Source: Paracoccaceae bacterium (GTDB taxonomy: Bacteria > Pseudomonadota > Alphaproteobacteria > Rhodobacterales > Rhodobacteraceae). Taken from it: DNA of 47,019 nucleotides. The stretch lies in the NCBI GenBank assembly GCA_047629975.1, contig JBLHUT010000001.1, forward strand, positions 1 to 47,019, given 5' to 3'. This document shows, piece by piece, positions 1 through 6,801 of this stretch (positions are counted from its first letter, which is position 1; the number at the start of each line of letters is the position of its first letter). The notes beneath the pieces were generated by a model. It was not told the DNA's origin. It was given only the letters and a program-made list of their open reading frames with translations, and searched no databases. The position numbers and the translations under genes were made by a program.

Positions 1-288
1 CAGACCCCCGAAGAGGCCGCACAGGATGCGATCGACAATGATGTTCACGTCATCGGGATATCGTCACAGGCTGCCGGTCACAAAACCCTTGCCCCCAAGT
101 TGGTCGCAGCCCTCAAGGCGCAAGGCGCCGGCGAGATTCTGGTGATTTGTGGTGGTGTCATTCCGCAGCAGGACTACAAGTTTTTGTACGACGCAGGCGT
201 AAAAGCGATTTTTGGTCCCGGCACCAATATTCCCGCCGCTGCAGAGGATATTCTAAAGCTGATCCGTACCGCCCGTGCCGCACAATGA
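1..288 (+). CDS. methylmalonyl-CoA mutase, C-terminal cobalamin-binding domain (5' part lies upstream of the window)
   Basis: The frame is open from base 1 and ends at TGA 286-288 ([77 protein letters not shown]...). This matches the B12-binding Rossmann domain pattern of MCM large subunits. Confidence 0.85.
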   Translation, partial: QTPEEAAQDAIDNDVHVIGISSQAAGHKTLAPKLVAALKAQGAGEILVICGGVIPQQDYKFLYDAGVKAIFGPGTNIPAAAEDILKLIRTARAAQ

Positions 289-354
289 ATTCGCTGATCC
301 CTTGCAATAGCCCGCCAGACCGGCTTGCCGTAGGTCCTTTCAAGGAGCACGGGC

Positions 355-957
355 ATGAAGCTTGATCATATCGCGATCGTCGCATCCACGCTTGAGGCCG
401 GTGTTTCCTGGGTGGAGCAAGCCTTGGGTGTCCCGTTGCAGCCCGGTGGGCAGCACGCTCTTTTCGGCACCCACAATATGCTTTTGTCATTGGGCCCCGA
501 TGTCTATCTTGAGGTGATTGCCGTCGATCCTGCCGCCCCGCCCCCCGGGCGTGCACGCTGGTTCGACCTTGACCGTTTTACCGGGACACCGCGCATCGGC
601 AACTGGATTGTGAACACGGAAGATATCTCAAGTGACGTTGCGCGTCTGGGGGAACAGATCGGCCGAACGGTGCTGCTGGCGCGTGCAGACCTGAGGTGGA
701 CGATGGCCGTTCCGGACAGCGGTGTCTTGCCGTTTGACAATATTCACCCCGCGCTCATCGAATGGGGCGGGCGTCATCCGGCGCCGACCCTGATCGATCA
801 GGGCGTTAGGCTGCGGGCGCTGCATGTTTCGCATCCGCAGGCGCAGGGGTTGCAGGCATTGATCGATCTCGGGGATGACTGTGTTGTCTATGAAACCGGT
901 GCGCCGGGTTTGCGGGCGGTGTTCGATACGCCTTCGGGCCGGTGCACTCTTGGTTAG
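355..957 (+). CDS. VOC family / glyoxalase-like domain protein
   Basis: 200-aa ORF with ATG preceded by AAGGAG (caaggagcacgggcATG). The N-terminus MKLDHIAIVASTLEAG...GGQHALFGTHNMLLSLGPDVYLEVIAVDP is typical of glyoxalase-like (VOC) domain proteins. Third-codon positions are GC-rich. Confidence 0.75.
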   Translation: MKLDHIAIVASTLEAGVSWVEQALGVPLQPGGQHALFGTHNMLLSLGPDVYLEVIAVDPAAPPPGRARWFDLDRFTGTPRIGNWIVNTEDISSDVARLGEQIGRTVLLARADLRWTMAVPDSGVLPFDNIHPALIEWGGRHPAPTLIDQGVRLRALHVSHPQAQGLQALIDLGDDCVVYETGAPGLRAVFDTPSGRCTLG

Positions 958-1050
958 GTCACAGGCCCGCAGGCGCGTTACGTCGCTTCGGGCGTGTGGC
1001 GTGGTGAAAAAGGATGTTATGCCTTTTTTCCAGTCATTTTGGTGCACGGC

Positions 1051-1497
1051 GTGACGATCTGGACCCGTATCGCTGATGCCCTTGGCACCCTGACCTAGGG
1101 GGAGGGCCTTTCGGCTGCCTTTGACACGCTGCGCACGCCGCAGCAACGCAGTGCCGGTTTTGCGATTGCGGTAATCGCGCTTGGCGGAAAGATGGCAAAG
1201 GCCGATGGCACGGTCACCCGCGAGGAGGTCGTCGCGTTTCGGGAGGTCTTTACGATTTCAAAAACCGAAGAGCCGAATGCCGCGCATGTCTTCAACCTTG
1301 CGCGTCAGGACGTTGCCGGCTTCGAGGAATGCGCCCTCCGGATCAGCGGCATGTTCGACGAGGGGTACGCCGTTCTGGTGGATATCCTTGAAGGGTTGTT
1401 TCACATCGCAATTGCCGATGGGGTGTATCACCCTACCAGAGCCGGGCTTCGTCAAAACATTGGTGCCACATTGTCAAAAGTGCGCTTTTGGCGGTGA
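1051..1497 (+). pseudogene. TerB-domain / DjlA-like co-chaperone gene, interrupted by an in-frame TAG (1096-1098) and lacking an intact J-domain
   Basis: Reading from GTG 1051 gives VTIWTRIADALGTLT*GEGLSAAFDTLRTPQQRSAGFAIAVIALGGKMAKADGTVTREEVVAFREVF...NLARQDVAGFEE...LEGLFHIAIADGVYHP. This is the TerB-like N-domain of alphaproteobacterial DjlA-type proteins. The only uninterrupted ORF is 1192-1497 (101 aa). See findings for the downstream J-domain relic. Confidence 0.5.
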
Positions 1498-1842
1498 CCG
1501 TGCGGTCTGGCGTGATCTTTGGTGTCATCAACCCGTTAACTTTGCGCAGGATCGTTGGGTTCTGGAGCAAGGCTCCAAAGCCGGATAGCCTGTTGAACGG
1601 ACTGCGAAATATTCGGAAAGCCGATATTTTTAACAGCCATCCGACCGGTCACAACCGCGATATTCGTCGCGGAGTGAGTGTCACGCAAAAGCGGTTTAAG
1701 GTCGATGCCGCCACCTGTTCTGCGGGCTTTGCACCCGCCGAACTATGCCTTAGCAAAGCCCGATTTTGCACAGTGACTGCGCGACCGGTCCTGAACGGGT
1801 ATTCCCACGCCGCAGAATGTACCACCGCGTGGGCGGGGGCGT

Positions 1843-3126
1843 TTAGGTTTCTATGCGTAGGGCCACGGGTTTTCCCAAGACGACGCCGGTATTTGGAAAG
1901 TCGGCAAGAGCCTTATCAAGAGCGCTGCGGGACGTTTTGTGGGTTACGATCAGGACAGGTGCGCCTTTTCCATCGTGGTTGTATTGCCGCATCCGGTCGA
2001 TCGAGATGTTTGCCTGCCCCATTGTCGCGGCCACCTTTGCCAAAGCACCGGGCGTATCCTCCAGTAGCAAGCGCAGATAATAGGGGGCTGGCGTGGCGGC
2101 TTGGGTAGGTTTTGACTCCGATAGGCTGGCCACGGGTTGGCCAAACGTCGGCACCCGGATCCCCCGAGCAAGGTCCATGATATCGGCCATGACCGCACTG
2201 GCTGTCGGGCCTTCACCCGCACCCGGACCGCGCAAAACGATCTGCCCGACATAGTTACCCTCGAGCACAACCATGTTCGTGGCGCCTTCAAGTTGGCCCA
2301 ACGGAGCCTTTGCCGACACAAGGCACGGCGACATTCGTTGTTCCAGACCGCGCTCTGTCATCTGTGCGATACCAAGAAGCTTGATCCGGTATCCCATGTC
2401 ATCAGCATGCCGGATATCCTCGATCGAAATCCGTTCGATCCCTTCCAGCTCCATTGCGCCAAAGTTCACCTGCGTCCCGAAGGCCACCGCAGCCAGAAGT
2501 GCCAACTTGTGACCGGCATCGATTCCCCCCACATCAAGCGTCGGGTCCGCCTCGAGATATCCAAGTTGCTTGGCCTCCTCAAAGACCTCCTCATAAGGCA
2601 GGCCCGCACTTTCCATCCGTGTCAGGATGTAATTGCAGGTGCCGTTCATCACGCCCATCACGCGGGTCATCCGGTTGCCCGACAGCCCTTCGGTCAGGGC
2701 CTTCATCACGGGAATTCCGCCAGCAACAGCGGCCTCGAACCGGATTGTGGCACCGTTTGCTTCGGCAAGTGTTGCCAATTCCCGACCATGCACCGCCAGC
2801 AAGGCCTTGTTGGCGGTGACCACGTCCTTACCGGACGCAAGCGCCACTTCGATGGCGGCCTTTGCCGGACCATCGCTTCCCCCGATGAGTTCGACAAACA
2901 CGTCGATGTCTGTGCGCGCCGCAAGTGCTACGGGGTCATCCTCCCAAGCGTAGCCTGTGAGGGATACGCCCCTGTCTTTACTGCGGCTTTGTGCTGAAAC
3001 AGCCGATAAAGTCACAGAGCGACCAGCGCGGAGCATCAAAAGATCCGTCTCGGATTGTAAGATTTTTACTACTCCGGCACCAACGGTCCCGAGACCGGCA
3101 ATTCCGAGGCGAAGGGGGGGTGTCAT
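1843..3126 (-). CDS. hom: homoserine dehydrogenase
   Basis: 427 aa. N-terminal NAD-binding motif LGIAGLGTVGAGV, a central catalytic region, and a C-terminal ACT-like domain (YYLRLLLEDTPGALAKVAATMGQANISIDRMRQ). SD GGAGAG lies 7 nt upstream of ATG 3126. Confidence 0.95.
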   Translation of the reverse strand: MTPPLRLGIAGLGTVGAGVVKILQSETDLLMLRAGRSVTLSAVSAQSRSKDRGVSLTGYAWEDDPVALAARTDIDVFVELIGGSDGPAKAAIEVALASGKDVVTANKALLAVHGRELATLAEANGATIRFEAAVAGGIPVMKALTEGLSGNRMTRVMGVMNGTCNYILTRMESAGLPYEEVFEEAKQLGYLEADPTLDVGGIDAGHKLALLAAVAFGTQVNFGAMELEGIERISIEDIRHADDMGYRIKLLGIAQMTERGLEQRMSPCLVSAKAPLGQLEGATNMVVLEGNYVGQIVLRGPGAGEGPTASAVMADIMDLARGIRVPTFGQPVASLSESKPTQAATPAPYYLRLLLEDTPGALAKVAATMGQANISIDRMRQYNHDGKGAPVLIVTHKTSRSALDKALADFPNTGVVLGKPVALRIET

Positions 3127-3271
3127 GTCAAAGCTCTCCGGCCACTTGCAACTGTCCTCGCTCTAGCTGGAATTGCGACAGGTTGCAACGCGTGGGCGCG
3201 TGTCCCGGGGGGGTGGTGGCGCAAAATGCCGTGCCAAAGCAGGGACGGCGTTTGTGGTCACAACCGAGGGG

Positions 3272-3505
3272 TCAGGGGGCTGTCAAAGCAGCCGCCTTGC
3301 GCCGCAGCGCGTCGGCACGCCCTTGCACCGACAAGGCCGCGTCTGCGCTTGATATGTCCTCAGGCCCGGTTGCTAAAAGTTTGTCAATATCGGCAATGGC
3401 AGGATAGGGGGCGGATCTTGCGGCTTCGCTTGTGCTGGCTTCAACCTCGGGAAAACCGGCGCATCCCGACACGGTAACCGCGCACAACAAAGCCAACAGT
3501 CGCAT
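3272..3505 (-). CDS. small lipoprotein (hypothetical)
   Basis: 77 aa. Signal peptide plus lipobox MRLLALLCAVTVSGC. SD AAGGGGAGA lies 7 nt upstream of ATG 3505. Confidence 0.6.
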   Translation of the reverse strand: MRLLALLCAVTVSGCAGFPEVEASTSEAARSAPYPAIADIDKLLATGPEDISSADAALSVQGRADALRRKAAALTAP

Positions 3506-3691
3506 CCCAGCGTCTCCCCTTGATCAGGAATCACTCTAACGGTTCAGGCGCGCATTGCACAAGTGGGGCTGTGATGTGCGCAAGTGTTCGGGCCTGAACA
3601 CTGCGCCGGGCCCAACACCTGATGGGTGTGGCCCGTTGGCCACGCGCCTCCTGTGGCGGGAGCGCTCCGTTTCACAACGCGCCCGCTGGCC

Positions 3692-4603
3692 CTAGTGGAC
3701 AGGTTTGATAAACGTGCCGTTGCGCAACTCTTTCATCGCTGTCCTCAGTTCGGCTTGGGTGTTCATCACAATCGGGCCGTGCCATGCGACCGGCTCCTCG
3801 ATCGGAGCCCCCGAAATCAGCAAGAAACGCACGCCCTGCGGACCGGCCTGAACCGTGACCTCGTCGCCGGTTCCAAACCGGATAAGTGTACGGTCCCCTG
3901 ACAGATCCCTGATATTGACCTCCTGGCCGGCGACTTCCTTTTCAAGCAGAATGCCCGATGGGGCCGATGCATCTGCAAATGCCGCCGCGCCCTCAAAGAC
4001 ATAGGCAAATGCCCGGCGGTATGTATCTATTCTGAATGTCTTTTTCACGCCAGCAGGTACCGTGATATCCAGATACTGCGGATCGGCGGCAATGCCGTCT
4101 ACCGGGCCGGTTTTGCCCCAGAAACTGCCGACGATAACCTTTACGCGCGTGCCGTCGTCATCGATGATCTCCGGAATTTCCGTACCTTGCACGTCTTGAT
4201 ACCGCGGTGCCACCATCTTTTGGGCAGCAGGCAGGTTGCCCCAAAGTTGAAAGCCGTGCATCTGGCCCTTGGAGTTTCCATGCGGCATTTCCTGATGCAA
4301 AATGCCTGACCCTGCGGTCATCCACTGAACGTCGCCCGCCCCCAGTGTGCCTTCGTTGCCAAGGCTGTCGCCGTGATCGACTGTCCCGTTCAGGACATAA
4401 GTTATGGTTTCGATCCCGCGATGCGGGTGCCACGGAAACCCCGCTTTGTAATCCTCGGGGCGTTCGTTTCGGAAATCGTCGAAAAGCAGAAAGGGGTCCA
4501 GCTCGCTTGGATCCTGAAAGCCGAATGCACGGTGCAATTTTACACCCGCACCTTCCATTGTCGGAATGGCGCGGCGGGTTTCCAAAGTGGGTCTGATAGA
4601 CAT
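3692..4603 (-). CDS. pirin family protein
   Basis: 303 aa. Bicupin pirin signature GFPWHPHRGIETITYVLNG...H.DS.GN.G.L..GDVQWMTAGSGILHQEMP. SD GGAGAG upstream of ATG 4603. Confidence 0.92.
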   Translation of the reverse strand: MSIRPTLETRRAIPTMEGAGVKLHRAFGFQDPSELDPFLLFDDFRNERPEDYKAGFPWHPHRGIETITYVLNGTVDHGDSLGNEGTLGAGDVQWMTAGSGILHQEMPHGNSKGQMHGFQLWGNLPAAQKMVAPRYQDVQGTEIPEIIDDDGTRVKVIVGSFWGKTGPVDGIAADPQYLDITVPAGVKKTFRIDTYRRAFAYVFEGAAAFADASAPSGILLEKEVAGQEVNIRDLSGDRTLIRFGTGDEVTVQAGPQGVRFLLISGAPIEEPVAWHGPIVMNTQAELRTAMKELRNGTFIKPVH

Positions 4604-4758
4604 TTGTGCTCTCCGGTCGTTGGTTGCTTGATCCTGAATTAAGCGTCAACCGGGCGTAAAACAATGGAACACACGTATCGTTTGCCACACGCTGTCTGTG
4701 CAAAAATGAACAGATCCTTCAACTTGCGCTATTTGTGGTGCTTGCAAGAGCGCGTGGA

Positions 4759-5043
4759 TCAGCCCAGAAGGATGCCGACAACGACTATCATCAAACCGAT
4801 CGCCGATGTCAAAAACGCCCCTAGGTTATAGCCCACGACCTTTTGCAGTTTGTCCCGCAACGCCTGATCGTCAAGACCTGCCTTGCGGGCGCGCGCCACG
4901 ATCACAATACACCAGATAATGCCACAAAGTCCTGCGGCTGACAAAAGCGCGCCAATGTAAATCAAGGGTTCCAACGGGCCGGCCTCTTTGTTGCGACGTA
5001 CGTTTCTAGCACGCCAGCTAACGGCTTTTACCCGATGAGGCAA
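4759..5043 (-). CDS. small two-TM membrane protein (hypothetical); start uncertain (TTG 5043 or GTG 5082)
   Basis: The C-terminal 70 aa contain two hydrophobic helices (LIYIGALLSAAGLCGIIWCIVIV and GAFLTSAIGLMIVVVGILLG). TTG 5043 is preceded by AAGGGGAGA. The gene is divergent from the GapR-like gene. Confidence 0.5.
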   Translation of the reverse strand: MPHRVKAVSWRARNVRRNKEAGPLEPLIYIGALLSAAGLCGIIWCIVIVARARKAGLDDQALRDKLQKVVGYNLGAFLTSAIGLMIVVVGILLG

Positions 5044-5119
5044 GCTTCTCCCCTTGCGGCAAACCCGAACGGATTGTAGCACAAAGACTGAACAGATTTT
5101 CCAGCATGAGGCGCAACAG

Positions 5120-5380
5120 ATGAGCGATGATATTACAGACAGCAGTTACAGGGTAACAGCAGACGAGCTGCGCCAGTTCATCGAGCGGCTGGAGCGTTTG
5201 GCATCGGAAAAGAAAGACATTGCCGAACAGGAAAAAGAGGTGATGGCCGAGGCAAAGGGCAGAGGCTATGACACCAAGGTCATTCGCAAGGTCATTGCGC
5301 TTCGCAAGCGTGAACCCGATGACATTGCCGAAGAAGAAGCAGTGCTGGAAATGTACAAAGAAGCGCTCGGCATGCAATAG
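5120..5380 (+). CDS. gapR: DUF2312 / UPF0335 family protein, GapR-like nucleoid-associated protein
   Basis: MSDDITDSSYRVTADELRQFIERLERLASEKKDIAEQEKEVMAEAKGRGYDTKVIRKVIALRKREPDDIAEEEAVLEMYKEALGM is the coiled-coil DUF2312 pattern shared with Caulobacter GapR. The track ORF (5054) was trimmed to the internal ATG that matches the family N-terminus. Confidence 0.85.
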   Translation: MSDDITDSSYRVTADELRQFIERLERLASEKKDIAEQEKEVMAEAKGRGYDTKVIRKVIALRKREPDDIAEEEAVLEMYKEALGMQ

Positions 5381-5387
5381 TGCGCGC

Positions 5388-5424
5388 CCCAAGCGTCAAA
5401 GATGTTGACGCTTGGGCGTTTGAT
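5388..5424. terminator. rho-independent-type hairpin between convergent genes
   Basis: Perfect 12-bp stem CCCAAGCGTCAA (5388-5399) / TTGACGCTTGGG (5405-5416) with a 5-nt loop, followed by cgTTTgaTT. It starts 8 nt after the GapR-like stop. Confidence 0.6.
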
Positions 5425-5525
5425 TGATCATCCGTTCGCGCATGCGGGGACCCGTCCCTGCGACTGGTCCGCTGCGCTGTTGGGAGGCTGCCATTAAACT
5501 GGGCGACCTATAATCCAACCAGTTC

Positions 5526-5651
5526 TTAATCCAAACGGACAGACGGTCCTGAAAAGGTATCCTGACTGGAAAAACCGAATTCGTGAAGGGCGAAGTTCGA
5601 TCCAACTGCGATCAGTATCATTGCGGCAAATGCCGTAAGCATAGCTTTCAT
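5526..5651 (-). CDS. 41-aa single-TM membrane peptide (below the ORF-track length cutoff)
   Basis: ATG at 5651 lies 1 nt after the TAA (5653-5655) of the cytochrome c reading frame. A perfect AAGGAG sits 7 nt upstream. Translation: MKAMLTAFAAMILIAVGSNFALHEFGFSSQDTFSGPSVRLD, ending at TAA 5526-5528. Confidence 0.45.
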   Translation of the reverse strand: MKAMLTAFAAMILIAVGSNFALHEFGFSSQDTFSGPSVRLD

Positions 5652-5652
5652 A

Positions 5653-6063
5653 TTATTGCTCCTTTGTGGCAGTGATGGGCTGTCGTAAGTAAGTGATCAG
5701 ATCCTTGCGATCGTCTTCTTTTACGATACGTTGCATTGGTATCTTTGTGCCCAGTATGTAGTGGTCCGGGACTTCGTCGAACAGGGCAATTCTCGTGTTG
5801 GCGCCCCATATAATTTCTGATCCCTCCAAAATGCTGGAACAGCTGTAACCGGCGACTGTTCCAGCGCGTCTTCCGAACAGTTCATAGAGTGTCGGGCCGG
5901 CCCTTCGGGCGGATCCGGGGGGTGTCGTGTGACAGATCGAGCATTTGCGTTTGAACTGTCGTTCGCCGTTTGGCACGGTTGTTGGATCGACCAGAAAAGA
6001 CCGCTCCGCGGTGGGCATTGGACCATAGGCGGCCATTGTGACAACGGGCCATGAATACATCAC
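5653..6063 (-). CDS. c-type cytochrome domain; probably the C-terminal part of a frame-broken WD40-cytochrome c fusion
   Basis: Haem-binding CSICH motif, then GPTLYELFGRRAGTVAGY...IWG and a distal Met (KIPMQRI), as in class I cytochrome c. There is no signal peptide of its own. The upstream sequence continues as WD40 repeats in another frame. Confidence 0.8.
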   Translation of the reverse strand: MMYSWPVVTMAAYGPMPTAERSFLVDPTTVPNGERQFKRKCSICHTTPPGSARRAGPTLYELFGRRAGTVAGYSCSSILEGSEIIWGANTRIALFDEVPDHYILGTKIPMQRIVKEDDRKDLITYLRQPITATKEQ

Positions 6064-6178
6064 GTTGTCCGCCCCCTTGCATGGATGTTCGTGCCCTTGG
6101 GCGAAATTGCTAAAGCCCGGATCGGGCTTCGTGCGGCGGTCCGAAGGTCACGTGTGATCCGCCATGCGGCTGTGTCGA

Positions 6179-6796
6179 TCAGCATGATGAAGCCTTCACT
6201 TCGCCCACAGCCAACTGATGTTGCAACGCAACATCGGCCATTGCGAGGATCGGCCTGCGCTCAAGCGAAAAGTCCCGCCAGGGTGCGCCGATGGTGATGT
6301 CTACACGCCGTGTGCCATCTGAATTGAACGCAACCGTGTTAACGCCGGCTTTGTGGCCTGACAAAAACCGTGGTGGGCTGCCGTCGTCGGCCCATAATCC
6401 GATGCTGCCATCCCAGCTGGCCGATGCCACCAATCCACCCGAAGGCGAGACCGCAAGCGCCGTGATCCTGGCTTGATGCGTGCCGCGCAATGCGCCTTTC
6501 CGGGTGCTTAGGTCCCAGTCGATGAGGGCAAAGTTGTCGCCCGCCGACACCAGTCGCGCCTCGTCCACAAACGCCACGGCATTCACTGCTGCGCGGTGTC
6601 CTTCAAGCCATTCCGGCTTCTGGGTCTTCCAGAGTCCGACCGAATTGTCGAAGCTGGCTGTTGCCACCTGACCGGATCGTGCCGACACGGCGATGTCCAT
6701 AACCGGCCCGCCGTGTCCTTTGAGGGTAAAGAACTCGTATGCCTGCGCCATCGGGGCACAGGCAGCAAAGGCGATCAAAAGACACCTTCCGAGCAT
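6179..6796 (-). CDS. periplasmic WD40-repeat protein; N-terminal part of the frame-broken WD40-cytochrome c gene
   Basis: Signal peptide MLGRCLLIAFAACAPMAQA starts from ATG 6796, 5 nt after the stop of the upstream gene. Repeated WD units are present (GHGGPVMDIAVS..ASFDNSVGLW; GHRAAVNAVAF; ITALAVSPSGGLVASASWDGSIGLW; GHKAGVNTVAFNSDG). The track ORF start (6889) was trimmed. Confidence 0.8.
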   Translation of the reverse strand: MLGRCLLIAFAACAPMAQAYEFFTLKGHGGPVMDIAVSARSGQVATASFDNSVGLWKTQKPEWLEGHRAAVNAVAFVDEARLVSAGDNFALIDWDLSTRKGALRGTHQARITALAVSPSGGLVASASWDGSIGLWADDGSPPRFLSGHKAGVNTVAFNSDGTRRVDITIGAPWRDFSLERRPILAMADVALQHQLAVGEVKASSC

Positions 6797-6801
6797 CGCG
6801 G

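Noticed and set aside
1488-2108. 206-aa plus-strand ORF
   Set aside because: Its 3' two-thirds is antisense to hom. Only its first 60 or so codons look like anything, namely a degraded J-domain, so I treat it as a pseudogene relic rather than a live CDS.
5396-5605. 69-aa minus-strand ORF from the track
   Set aside because: It has no SD, it runs through the 12-bp terminator hairpin (5388-5416), and its sequence is not protein-like. The overlapping 41-aa ORF (5526-5651), in another frame, has a perfect SD and stop/start coupling, so I preferred that one.
5396-6063. A locally AT-richer stretch (roughly 42-57% GC in the 60-nt lines I counted, against about 60% around it), as a sign of horizontal transfer
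   Set aside because: The dip is modest and short, has no flanking repeats or mobility genes, and lies within a reading frame continuous with the GC-normal WD40 part. This is not enough evidence for foreign origin.
6060-6200. Programmed -1 ribosomal frameshifting in the WD40-cytochrome c gene
   Set aside because: Neither junction has an X XXY YYZ slippery heptamer or an obvious downstream structure, and two consecutive programmed shifts would be unprecedented. Mutation or homopolymer sequencing error is far more likely.
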